Source: an uncultured Dehalococcoidia bacterium
GTDB taxonomy: Bacteria > Chloroflexota > Dehalococcoidia > Lucifugimonadales > CAJWER01
Assembly (NCBI GenBank): GCA_964342485.1
Contig: CAYFFO010000005.1
Location: forward strand, 23,549-87,548
Reading direction: 5' to 3'
DNA length: 64,000 bases
Shown here: positions 18,269-27,490 of the stretch, piece after piece
How the letters are laid out: each line of letters starts with the position of its first letter
Numbering within the stretch: the first letter of the stretch is position 1
The notes under the pieces: model-generated
What the model was told of the DNA's origin: nothing
Database searches by the model: none
What the model saw: the letters and a program-made list of their open reading frames with translations, nothing else
Position numbers and translations under genes: made by a program

Positions 18269-19603
18269 ATGTTTATAGACAAAAGAGTTAAGAATTCAGT
18301 GGACCTTTACAATCGCGCGGATGAGTTGATACCTGGCAAGACACAGCTTGTTAGTCGCAGGGCTAGTCAATTTGCTGAAGGTGTTAGCCCTATATATGCC
18401 AGCCATGCAAAGGGTTCTAGGTTTACTGATGTTGACGGCAATGAGTATATTGATTGGGTTAATTGTGTTAGTGCTGTAATTTTAGGTCACGCCGAAGAAT
18501 CTATTGATAATGCAGTGAAAAAGCAGATAGACAAGGGGAGTCTCTATTCAGTTAACAGTCCTACAGAAATTGAATTGGCAGAGCTATTGATAAAAACGAT
18601 CCCTAGTGCAGAAATGGTCAGATACTGTAAAGGAGGCGGTGAAGCCTGTACAGTTGCAGTCAAGATCGCTCGCGGTACTACTGGCAGGGATAAAATTCTA
18701 TTTTCCGGTTATCATGGTTGGCATGATTGGTACCAGTCCGTAAATTATTTGGCGGATCCAGATACTGGAGAATACCCTATGACCGGAATAGAACCAATTG
18801 GCGTTCCTAAGGTTTTAGCAGGGACGGCTTTACCCTTTAATTATGGAGATCTGGATGATTTAGAGACATTATTTAAAGAGAATAAAGGTGATGTAGCAGC
18901 TGTTATGATGGAGCCTTTAAGATCGGATATACCTCCGGAAGGTTATTTAGAAGGTGTCAAAAAAATATGCCATGCGAATAAAGCTTTACTCATATTTGAT
19001 GAGGTTTCATGTGGATGGCGTACTAGAATAGGAGGCATCCAGGAGTATACTGGTGTTATTCCTGATATTTCTGTTTTTGCTAAATCAATGTCCAATGGGT
19101 ATCCGATGGGTGTGGTAGTTGGCTCTGAAGATGCTATGGAGTTAGCAGGTCGGATGTTCATTTCCAGTTCTTATTGGAGTGACAATATAGGCCTAGCGGC
19201 ATCTTTGGCAACTATTAAGGAACTTAAAAGTCGTGATTCAGTGGATAAATTTGAAGTTCTTGGTGAAAAAATGCGGGACGCAATAACAGGTGCTGTTGAT
19301 TCAGTAGGTGTTCCTGCAAATGTCTCAGGCTGGCATTATCGAAGTGCTATAAATTTTGAGTTGCCAGAAGAAACGCTGCGCCCCAAAATAAACACCTTGT
19401 TTATACAAGAAATGGCTAGAAGAGGAATACATACCGGGACTAGCTTCATGCCAACTTTGGCGCACTCGGATGAAGATATAAAATTAACTGCGGATGCAAT
19501 TGAAGATACTTTAAGAGTAGTTATGAGGGCCCTTGATGGGGAACTTGATGATCTTTTGGATGTAGATCCCAAGAGAGAACCTTTTAGGAGATTTGTCAAC
19601 TAA
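18269..19603 (+). CDS. class-III aminotransferase (glutamate-1-semialdehyde aminomutase-like, not a canonical HemL N-terminus)
   Basis: LIFDEVSCGWRTR and FAKSMSNGYPMG (PLP lysine region). Size 444 aa. Confidence 0.8.
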   Translation: MFIDKRVKNSVDLYNRADELIPGKTQLVSRRASQFAEGVSPIYASHAKGSRFTDVDGNEYIDWVNCVSAVILGHAEESIDNAVKKQIDKGSLYSVNSPTEIELAELLIKTIPSAEMVRYCKGGGEACTVAVKIARGTTGRDKILFSGYHGWHDWYQSVNYLADPDTGEYPMTGIEPIGVPKVLAGTALPFNYGDLDDLETLFKENKGDVAAVMMEPLRSDIPPEGYLEGVKKICHANKALLIFDEVSCGWRTRIGGIQEYTGVIPDISVFAKSMSNGYPMGVVVGSEDAMELAGRMFISSSYWSDNIGLAASLATIKELKSRDSVDKFEVLGEKMRDAITGAVDSVGVPANVSGWHYRSAINFELPEETLRPKINTLFIQEMARRGIHTGTSFMPTLAHSDEDIKLTADAIEDTLRVVMRALDGELDDLLDVDPKREPFRRFVN

Positions 19604-19648
19604 CCGTGATTGGATGGGAAAGTGGCTATTGATTTTGGTATAGCTACG

Positions 19649-20221
19649 TTATTGTCCTGTTATTCGTCTCAGTATTCTCTGCACACCATTGATACCTTGT
19701 ATGTTCCCTGCTTTTGTATGTAACTCAAGAGCCTGTTGAAGATCATCAATAGCTAGTCTTGTGTTACCCAGTTCTAAATGTATAGCAGCTCTATTAGTAT
19801 AGGCAGGCGGGAAAGTTGATTTAAGCTCAATCGATTTGTTCAAATCATTAAGAGCAGATTCATACTGTTTTTCGTTGAAATATGCTACAGCTCGATAGTT
19901 ATAAGCTCTAGCCAAATCTGGCAATACCCGAAGTACAAGGTCAAAGGCTGTTATTGCTTCTTTGTACTGAGCTGCGTTAAGTAGTTGAACGGCTTTTGTA
20001 TAGTCGAAAAGTACGTCCGGAGGTTTACTTGTTGGTTCAACCTTTGCAGTAGGTACAGGTGTTTCGGTCGGTTTAGGCGTCGGGATTGGAGTTGGTTTAG
20101 ATATTGTTGGTGTCGGCTGAGATGGGGGATTTGGTTCAACTGGCTCGGAGTCAACTGAGCATGAAGAAACAAACAATACGATCATTAATGAGTATGGTAT
20201 TAATTTAATCAGGTTTTTCAT
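19649..20221 (-). CDS. TPR-repeat lipoprotein with Pro/Thr-rich linker
   Basis: Signal plus lipobox LFVSSC, linker PNPPSQPTPTISKPTPIPTPKPTETPVPT, then TPR repeats (ARAYNYRAVAYF..). Confidence 0.7.
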   Translation of the reverse strand: MKNLIKLIPYSLMIVLFVSSCSVDSEPVEPNPPSQPTPTISKPTPIPTPKPTETPVPTAKVEPTSKPPDVLFDYTKAVQLLNAAQYKEAITAFDLVLRVLPDLARAYNYRAVAYFNEKQYESALNDLNKSIELKSTFPPAYTNRAAIHLELGNTRLAIDDLQQALELHTKAGNIQGINGVQRILRRITGQ

Positions 20222-20337
20222 AATATTTAGTTACTAGGATAACATGGAAATAATTCTATAATACTGAATGAATTTCATAGTGTTATTATTGACTAATAAA
20301 TAAAGCAATTAATTTTATAAATCATAGGAGATTTAAT

Positions 20338-20865
20338 GTGATAAGAAGTCTTGGAGGGAAAAAGCCCCGGATCCACCACTCAGCTTTTATAAGTGAAGCA
20401 GCCTATTTGATTGGAGATATAGAGATTGGTGAAGGTTCGAGTGTTTGGCCTGGAGTTGTTATAAGGGCTGATGCAGGCAGTATAACGATAGGTAAACAAA
20501 CCTGCATACAAGACAATTCGGTTTTGCACGGAGATTCAGATGTTGTAATTGGAAATAATGTTGTTATAGGGCATAGGGTACTATGTCATGCGAAAAATGT
20601 GGGTAGTCGTTCTTTAATCGGAAATGGTGCAACAATAAATGATGGCGTTGATGTTGGCGAAGATAGCTTAATAGCCTCTGGAGCAATGGTTATAGAAAAC
20701 ATGATTATCCCTTCAGGGTCAATGGTAGTAGGTGTTCCTGCCAAAATAAGGGGAGATTTGAAACAAAGACACATAGATTTGATTAAATCTACTTCTCAAG
20801 AGTATGTTAAGAAAAGTAAACTTTATTTGTCTGAGTCTGATTTGAGTACACAACTGTATGATTGA
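20338..20865 (+). CDS. gamma-carbonic-anhydrase-like / hexapeptide-repeat protein (YrdA/PaaY type)
   Basis: Left-handed beta-helix hexapeptide pattern: AFISEAAYLIGDIEIGEGSSVWPGVVIRAD...VLHG. GTG start. Size 175 aa. Confidence 0.8.
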   Translation: MIRSLGGKKPRIHHSAFISEAAYLIGDIEIGEGSSVWPGVVIRADAGSITIGKQTCIQDNSVLHGDSDVVIGNNVVIGHRVLCHAKNVGSRSLIGNGATINDGVDVGEDSLIASGAMVIENMIIPSGSMVVGVPAKIRGDLKQRHIDLIKSTSQEYVKKSKLYLSESDLSTQLYD

Positions 20866-21150
20866 TTAGATTCATTGGGGATCGAATATCAAGGATAGTT
20901 TGGATTGGCGAGAGCTAAGCTTGTGGAATGGAAGTGTAGAGTTATAGTAATTCCCATTACCATGTTACATGGAATACTACCAGGTGATTCTCAATGTTTT
21001 AAGCATCTTATGTTCGATCATTTGGATAACCTTAAGCATCGCTAGTGATTTGGGTTTCGAATCAATATTTATGAATGGCGAATAGGAAACAGCCCATGTA
21101 TAGATAGTCCTGTTATGTTTGATTTTGAACAATTTATAATAAGCAATTAG

Positions 21151-22824
21151 CTACATTCGTTCAGGTACTGACATCCCCATTAAAATTAGGCAACGCGATA
21201 GTGTAATTTTAACTGCATCAACTAGTTTTAGCCTGGCCAGCGTAATTTCTATTTCATCAACATTGTTGGAAACCACTCTACATTGCTGATAGAAGGTGTG
21301 AAAAAATTGTGACAGTTCAAGTGCATAATGGGGTAGTTGTTGTGGCTCCAATGTTTGAACAATACTGTCGAGTATTTCTGGAAAAGTAATCATTTTACGT
21401 ATCAAGTCAAGTTCAGAGCTATGATTTAATAGATTCACATCACCGTGGTTGAATTTCAAACCTTGTTCAGAAGCTAGTCTAAGTATTCCAGCTATCCTCG
21501 CATGAGCATACTGGATGTAGTAAACAGGATTTTCATCCGATTGTTCTTTGGCTAGATTTAGATCGAATTCCATTTGAGACCCAGGTGATTTTGATAGGAA
21601 GAAGTAACGGCAGGCATCTTTGCCAACTTCTTCTACCAATTGTCGTAGAGTTACGAATTGGCCTGTTCGTTTTGAAGCTCTGACCAATTCATTTCCACGT
21701 TTTAAAGTAACTAGTTGGTATATCAGTAAATCTATACGATTTTGATCAACTTTTAAAGCCTGGGTGAAAGCTTTCATAAATCTGACATGCCCTTGATGGT
21801 CAGCACCAAGGATGTCAATCACCCGGTCAAAATTACGTTCATAGAATTTATTGTAATGGTAGGCCATGTCCGTGGCGAAATAGGTTGGAGTACCGGTTCG
21901 ACGGATAACTACTTTATCTTCATCATCTCCAAACATGGAAGAGCGAAACCAGGTAGCATCATCTTTTTTTAAGAGGTATCCCTGCTCTTTTAAGAGATTA
22001 AGTATTGTTTCAAATTGGCCGTTTTCAAAAAGACTTTTTTCGCTAAACCAAAAATCATATACTACTCCCAAAGATTTCATATCTTCTTTAATACCTTCAA
22101 TCATCCGGCTTAACCCTAGAATACCTATTTCCGTTTCGGCTGTATTTCGGTCGAGATCAAAAAACTTTTTACCATGTTCAGTTTTTATCTCTTTGGCCAG
22201 ATCAATCATGTATTGTCCCTGATAGCTATTTTCCGGCATTTCTTCTTTTTCACCAAAAAGTTCTCTATATCTGGATAGGAGACTTATATTGAAGATATCT
22301 ATCTGGGTTCCAGCGTCATTAAGATAGTATTCCTTTTCTACCTTATATCCTACCGCCTTGAAAATGTTCGCTAATGTACTTCCCACTACAGCTCCTCTGG
22401 CGTGTCCGACGTGTACCGGTCCAGTTGGATTGACGCTGACGAATTCGATTTGTACTGATGTGCTCTGTACAGATTCTTGGAATCCAAATGATGTACCTAA
22501 GTTCCGGATAATATCTATCTGATTGGAAATCCAGTGTTCGCTTATAAAAAAGTTTATAAATCCAGGAGGTACTATCCGAATCTTGGAAACTGGATACGTG
22601 ACTGGTAAATTGTTTGCAACTGCTTCAGCTATATCTATGGGATTCATTTTGAGATGGCGGGCAATTTTGAGAGGAATACTGGAAGAAAAATCTCCATGTT
22701 CGGATGCTTTATTGGGACGCTCAATTAGGTCCTGACCCAGTAGGTGTGGTGGTATTTTTTCAAACCCAGGTATTTCTCCTAGGGCTGATATTACCATCTC
22801 TTGTATTTCACGTTTTATGTCCAT
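21151..22824 (-). CDS. argS: arginine--tRNA ligase
   Basis: HIGH-type motif PTGPVHVGHARG, a DALR anticodon-binding C-terminus, and the sequence ends ...VPERM. Size 557 aa. Confidence 0.9.
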   Translation of the reverse strand: MDIKREIQEMVISALGEIPGFEKIPPHLLGQDLIERPNKASEHGDFSSSIPLKIARHLKMNPIDIAEAVANNLPVTYPVSKIRIVPPGFINFFISEHWISNQIDIIRNLGTSFGFQESVQSTSVQIEFVSVNPTGPVHVGHARGAVVGSTLANIFKAVGYKVEKEYYLNDAGTQIDIFNISLLSRYRELFGEKEEMPENSYQGQYMIDLAKEIKTEHGKKFFDLDRNTAETEIGILGLSRMIEGIKEDMKSLGVVYDFWFSEKSLFENGQFETILNLLKEQGYLLKKDDATWFRSSMFGDDEDKVVIRRTGTPTYFATDMAYHYNKFYERNFDRVIDILGADHQGHVRFMKAFTQALKVDQNRIDLLIYQLVTLKRGNELVRASKRTGQFVTLRQLVEEVGKDACRYFFLSKSPGSQMEFDLNLAKEQSDENPVYYIQYAHARIAGILRLASEQGLKFNHGDVNLLNHSSELDLIRKMITFPEILDSIVQTLEPQQLPHYALELSQFFHTFYQQCRVVSNNVDEIEITLARLKLVDAVKITLSRCLILMGMSVPERM

Positions 22825-22967
22825 AGTTTATTGCAAGGTATCCCAAGCTGTATATTACGCCAAAGCGATATTACAAGGATATATTGAACCATAAATCTTT
22901 ATCAAATAAATAAACCAATAGATTTGAATGTTTCAAGGCACACGTAGTCGGTTATTTTGTAACAGAT

Positions 22968-24026
22968 TTAGATAACGTGTATTCGTATATCATTATCGTC
23001 TTGAGGCGGCGACAGTATCTCACCAATAATGGAGGCGGTTGATATTCTTTTTGAAGTTAGTTCTTCAATTAAGATGTCTGACTTTCTTGGGTCTACGCAC
23101 ATAAGTAATCCACCAGAAGTTTGTGCATCATTTAGGAGAAGTTTTATTTCTTTAGATATCAGATTTGTCCATACTACTTGATTTTTCGTAGACTTAAAAT
23201 TATTTACAGTTCCACCAGGAACAAGACCTTTTTGTGTCATATCAAAAACCCCTGGTAATAACGGAATATTTTTTGACGATAGTTGAGCAGATACATTACT
23301 TGTCTTTAATAGATTTAGAAGGTGACCGATCAGGCCAAATCCAGTAATATCTATACATGCATTGACTCCAATTTTTACCATAGCTTTGGCAGCTTTATCG
23401 TTCAGGGTTTTCATATGATTAACGGCTATATTGAATTCTTTTTCAGTAGATTTACCTTGTTGTGCTGCTGTTGTGGCAATGCCTGTACCAATTGGTTTGG
23501 TAAGTATGATTTTATCTCCTGCTTTGGCTCCTAAATTGGTTATTTGCTTTCCTGGCTTGATTATTCCAGTAACTGCCATTCCAAATTTCGGTTCTTTATC
23601 TTTTATTGTGTGACCACCTACCACAAGGAGATTTGCTTCAGTAGCTTTAGAAGCAGCACCTTTCAATATTTCAGTTAGGATTGTATTGGGTAAATCATCC
23701 GGGAAACCTACGATATTTACTCCAATAAGAGGGGTTGCGCCCATGGAGTAAATGTCTGAAACAGCATTTGCTACAGCTATTTCCCCAAACGTGAATGGAT
23801 CGTCAACTATTGGAGGGAAAAAATCTACAGTCTGTACTAAAGCAATTTCTTCCGTCAACTTGTACACAGCAGCATCATCCTTGTTGGAAATACCTACCAA
23901 CAAGTTGGGATGATTAATCTCAGGTAACTGGCTCAGAACCTGAGCCAGGTCATCTTGACTAATTTTAGATGCTCAACCAGAACAATTAGCTAATGAGGTA
24001 AGTTTTATATCTTTAATTTGGTCCAA
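22968..24026 (-). CDS. selD: selenide, water dikinase SelD with in-frame UGA (predicted selenocysteine) at the catalytic Cys position
   Basis: The ORF track begins at 23903. The same frame continues upstream through a single TGA to a TTG at 24024-24026: MDQIKDIKLTSLANCSG-U-ASKISQDDLAQVLSQLPEINHPNLLVGISNKDDAAVYKL. This is collinear with the E. coli SelD N-terminus. The total of 352 codons is the normal SelD length. Confidence 0.85.
23928..23948 (-). promoter_or_regulatory. SECIS-like hairpin downstream of the selD UGA
   Basis: The mRNA reads CUGGCUCAG-GUU-CUGAGCCAG, a perfect 9-bp stem with GU in the apical loop. The stem starts 24 nt after UGA. Confidence 0.6.
23973..23975 (-). other. recoded UGA (Sec) codon in selD
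   Basis: The plus strand reads tca, which is TGA in the selD frame, 24 codons upstream of the ORF-track start. It lies three residues before the conserved Lys of the G-rich loop. Confidence 0.75.
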
Positions 24027-24108
24027 GGTTAGTACTCATTTTTGATTGTCGTTGAGTATATCAGATAGTATTGGCTACTTGATCATATAGAATTAGTATT
24101 ATTATAAA

Positions 24109-24765
24109 ATGAAAATTTTGAGATACACTTTAACATTTATTGTTTTATTTGCGCATATTGGGTTGATAAGTTGTGGGAATCGGGAAGATTCGCCAGAACT
24201 AATGGCCCGTATAGAATACAAAAAAGGAGTCACCTATCAATTTCATGGCAATTTGAAAAAAGCTGGTGAAGCTTTTAATAAAGCCATCTTTTATTCACCT
24301 AAACAGGCAGATGCTTATTTAGGACGAGGACATGTGTACCTGCAATATGGGAATTTGAGTAACGCACTAAGTGATTTTAACAAAGCTATAGAACTAGATG
24401 GCAATTTAGCAGATGCACATAATTATAGAGGTGTAGTTAACCTCGGCCTGAGAGATCCAGATCAGGCGATGCTCGATTTTTCGAGGGCACTTCAATTAAA
24501 TCCAAATCTTGGGAGTGCGTATTTAAATAGGTCCAAAATAAATGAACAAAGACAGGATTTTATTGCATCCATAAAAGATATAACAGCAGCTATTAATTTG
24601 ACTACACAGGATTTAGATTTGTATTTTCAACGAGCTCGATTACATATTTCCAATCAAGATATTGATAAAGCAATAGACGATTTGGAAAAGATTATATCTG
24701 TATCAAATGATGACCAGGCGATTTCTAGGGCGACGCGATTGATTTCAGAGATTAATGAATGGTGA
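24109..24765 (+). CDS. TPR-repeat lipoprotein
   Basis: Signal plus lipobox GLISC, then repeated TPR units (ADAYLGRGHVYL, ADAHNYRGVVNL, GSAYLNRSKI). Confidence 0.7.
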   Translation: MKILRYTLTFIVLFAHIGLISCGNREDSPELMARIEYKKGVTYQFHGNLKKAGEAFNKAIFYSPKQADAYLGRGHVYLQYGNLSNALSDFNKAIELDGNLADAHNYRGVVNLGLRDPDQAMLDFSRALQLNPNLGSAYLNRSKINEQRQDFIASIKDITAAINLTTQDLDLYFQRARLHISNQDIDKAIDDLEKIISVSNDDQAISRATRLISEINEW

Positions 24766-24966
24766 TTAGAATCAACAAGACTCCCGGTCAGTCCACTACG
24801 ATTTGCAATGAGTCTAAAAAAATCAACAAAAAATATATTTCAATTGACACTTTTGATATTTGCAACAATATTCTGGCTGAAGTAATTTGACATCATAGAT
24901 TGGCGGCGTGCTCAAAGAAATGTAACGATTACCCGTTATTTTCAGGTTACATGGAGGAAACAATTC

Positions 24967-26202
24967 TTGAATCCGTATTCGACATCTAATATTAGGGATA
25001 AAAAGAAGGATATTTTCTGGATGGTATTAATGGCCATGATGTTTTTTATTCTTCTTTTGCCAATATCTAGTTACACAGCAGCTGTACCGATTTTGATACA
25101 TGAATGGGATTTAAATAATGTCCAAACTGGTGCAATTTTTTCAGCATATTTAATCGGTTACGTAATTTCAGCTATTTTAATAATACCCCTGACTGATCGG
25201 ATATCTTCCGGACTCGTATTGATTTTGTCCGCAATGCTATTTACTCTTTCACATTTGGTATTTGCTTTGTGGGTGGACAATATACATACAGCATTTGTTG
25301 TAAGGATGATTGGTGGTGTCGGTCTAGTGGGAGTTTACATGCCGGGTGTACGTCTTATCGTAGATCGTTTCCCAGGAAAAATGAGGGGTATATCTGTAGG
25401 GATATTTGTAACCGCACAATATTTTGCTAATAGTTGCTCGTTATTAATAAGTTCCTCATTGATTGGAACTTATGCTTGGAGGGATGCATATTTAATAATA
25501 GCTTTCATATCATCTATAGGAGTTTTATTAGCCTTGATTTTATTTAGTAAGACTATAAATAGAAGTTCTACTGAAGAGTCGGGTAAGTTCGACGTTAAAG
25601 TTTTACGAAATCCAAGTGTCAGGTATTTAATTTTAGGATATTCATTACATGCACTAAATCTTTTTTCTGTTCGAGTTTGGCTACCAATTTTCTTAGTGTC
25701 AGTGTTAATCAGTCAGGGTATAAGTGAACATGATGCAACAATTGAAGGATCTACATTGGGAGGGATAGCTTTACTCGCAGGTTCAATAGGTCCACTTATT
25801 GGAGGGACTATGTCGGATCGGTTTGGAAGAGCAGTCTCAGCTTCATATATTTTAACTTTAAGCGCTTTATGTGCTTTCATATTGGGATGGTTGGTTAATT
25901 CACCGATTTATATAATTTTAATAGTTGGGTCGATTTATAGTTGGTCGGTTTCTGCCGATTCGGCAATTTATTCTACAGGTATTACTGAAGTATCACCTGG
26001 AAACAAAATTGGATCATCGATGGCTCTACAGGCTACTTTTGGGTTAATTGGAGGTGTTATAGGACCAATTATTGTTGGTGGGATATTGGATTTTGCACCT
26101 ACAAACACTTATTGGTTGTCAGGTTTTTCTTCATTAGGATTTGTTGCAATTATTGGAATTCTTGCTATGCAGAGGATGAGATATTTGAATCAACATGACT
26201 GA
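24967..26202 (+). CDS. MFS transporter
   Basis: About 12 predicted hydrophobic segments, with loop motifs LTDRISSG and MSDRFGR. TTG start behind GGAGG. Confidence 0.8.
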   Translation: MNPYSTSNIRDKKKDIFWMVLMAMMFFILLLPISSYTAAVPILIHEWDLNNVQTGAIFSAYLIGYVISAILIIPLTDRISSGLVLILSAMLFTLSHLVFALWVDNIHTAFVVRMIGGVGLVGVYMPGVRLIVDRFPGKMRGISVGIFVTAQYFANSCSLLISSSLIGTYAWRDAYLIIAFISSIGVLLALILFSKTINRSSTEESGKFDVKVLRNPSVRYLILGYSLHALNLFSVRVWLPIFLVSVLISQGISEHDATIEGSTLGGIALLAGSIGPLIGGTMSDRFGRAVSASYILTLSALCAFILGWLVNSPIYIILIVGSIYSWSVSADSAIYSTGITEVSPGNKIGSSMALQATFGLIGGVIGPIIVGGILDFAPTNTYWLSGFSSLGFVAIIGILAMQRMRYLNQHD

Positions 26203-26238
26203 TGAGGTAGTTTTAAATATAGTAAGGAGGTGATAGTT

Positions 26239-26670
26239 GTGACTAGCGTTAAGGTAAAGAGTCTGGGTAAACTCCAACAACTTGTTTTAAGTGGAGACCA
26301 TTTTTTTATAGCAGATAGTGATCATGAAGGAGATGGGCAATTTGCTCCTAATCCGTATGAGATGCTATTGGCTTCTATAGCCACCTGAACAGCTATGACT
26401 ATTCTCCTGTATTCTCGGAGGAAACAATGGAGTTTGAAAAGCATAGAGGTTGAATCGAACCATCATAGGATAGTTAGAAATGGTAAGGGTAGTAATATTA
26501 GTGATGGGTCAAATCATACTGAGGAAATCAGAAACAAAATTACTATTGTTGGGGATTTATCAAGTGAACAAGAAGATAGGTTATTAAAGGTAGCAGATAA
26601 GTGTCCTGTTCACAGGACCATTCAATCTACCCCAATGATATCTAATCATATTGAAACAATAACTAATTAG
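26239..26670 (+). CDS. OsmC/Ohr-family peroxiredoxin-like protein with in-frame UGA (predicted selenocysteine) at the first conserved Cys
   Basis: GTG 26239 lies 8 nt after AGGAGG (26225-26230). The frame runs 49 sense codons, then TGA 26386-26388, then the ORF-track ORF 26395-26670. Joined product: ...[30 protein letters not shown]...LKVADKCPVHRTI. It is 143 codons, the usual OsmC size. Confidence 0.65.
26386..26388 (+). other. candidate recoded UGA (Sec) codon in the OsmC-like gene
   Basis: It is the only stop between the GTG with its Shine-Dalgarno site at 26239 and the stop at 26668-26670. It sits where the OsmC family has ..ELL.A.L..C. Confidence 0.55.
26402..26422 (+). promoter_or_regulatory. 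weak candidate SECIS-like hairpin after the OsmC UGA
   Basis: UUCUCC-UGUAUUCUC-GGAGGA: 6 bp including one G-U pair, with a 9-nt loop containing GU, 16 nt after the UGA. Much weaker than the selD hairpin. Confidence 0.25.
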
Positions 26671-26680
26671 GAGTGAGAAA

Positions 26681-27463
26681 ATGAGACAAAATGTACCGAT
26701 ATTAGTTTATCATCATGTTTATAAAGATTCATTTTTAGAGTCCATAAATACAAAGCATGATAGTGCTACGGGTATGATAAAAGAATCTGAATTTAGGCTA
26801 CATTTGAATTATATTATGGAAAATAACTGGTCAGTAATTTCTACTAATCAACTTTCAGATTGGATTGAAGGTGAAGTTGAAATTCCAGAAAAATCTGTGG
26901 TGTTACACTTTGACAATGGTTGGCTCGATACTTTCACTATAGCAATGCCAATTGTTAGAGAATTGGGAATCACTGCAACTTGTTATGTAATAAGTGATGC
27001 AACAGAAGCCGCTTCAAAAGGACTTGACGCCAATATTCGTACTTCTACAGAAGGATCTGTAAAAAAAAGATGTATCGATTGGAAACAGACTAATCTGTTA
27101 TTGGAAATGGGGTGGGAAATAGGAGCTCATACAGCTACACATCCTAAATTAGTGGATCTGTTAAATGAGCATGGAGAAGAGGGAGTGATGTTAGAGATAG
27201 AAAAATCTAATAAATCTTATTTGGATAACCTGGGATTTATACCTAGACATTTTGCTTATCCTAGTGGTTCGAATAACATCCATACTGACAGACTACTAGG
27301 CGATGTTTATCAAACACTTAGACTTTGGGAGTTTAATAATCCGCCAACCTGGTCATTCACTAACGGTAAGACATCATCACATGGATTAAAAAGCCAGAAT
27401 CTAGATAGCACGGTTTCTTTTTCTGATTTTGTTAGGATTTTTCACGAATCGGAAGTTTCATAG
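26681..27463 (+). CDS. polysaccharide deacetylase (NodB-homology) family protein
   Basis: VLHFDNGWLDTF (variant of TFDDG) and GAHTATHP (HxxxH). Starts 10 nt after the OsmC stop, behind GGAG. Confidence 0.7.
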   Translation: MRQNVPILVYHHVYKDSFLESINTKHDSATGMIKESEFRLHLNYIMENNWSVISTNQLSDWIEGEVEIPEKSVVLHFDNGWLDTFTIAMPIVRELGITATCYVISDATEAASKGLDANIRTSTEGSVKKRCIDWKQTNLLLEMGWEIGAHTATHPKLVDLLNEHGEEGVMLEIEKSNKSYLDNLGFIPRHFAYPSGSNNIHTDRLLGDVYQTLRLWEFNNPPTWSFTNGKTSSHGLKSQNLDSTVSFSDFVRIFHESEVS

Positions 27464-27490
27464 TCTTAAAATATTTAGCACAGAAATTAA

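Noticed and set aside
19951-20172. An alternative-frame 73-aa ORF on the same strand as the TPR lipoprotein.
   Set aside because: It overlaps the Pro/Thr-rich linker, where biased codons keep other frames open. It has no independent start signal.
20866-21150. The 285-nt gene-free gap between the convergent gamma-CA-like gene and argS, as a possible small RNA or small ORF.
   Set aside because: All six frames are full of stops. There is only a 5-bp hairpin (CCATG-TTA-CATGG), with no recognisable SRP, 6S or tmRNA motifs. It most likely holds the two 3' ends.
22825-22967. A T-box or other leader upstream of argS.
   Set aside because: Only 143 nt are available. I could not find a T-box sequence, a specifier-loop arrangement or a terminator/antiterminator pair.
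24027-24040. The ATG at 24038-24036 (minus strand) as the selD start.
   Set aside because: It is out of frame with selD and terminates after 8 codons (MSTNLGPN*). The in-frame upstream stop (TGA, complement 24035-24037) leaves the TTG at 24026 as the only plausible start.
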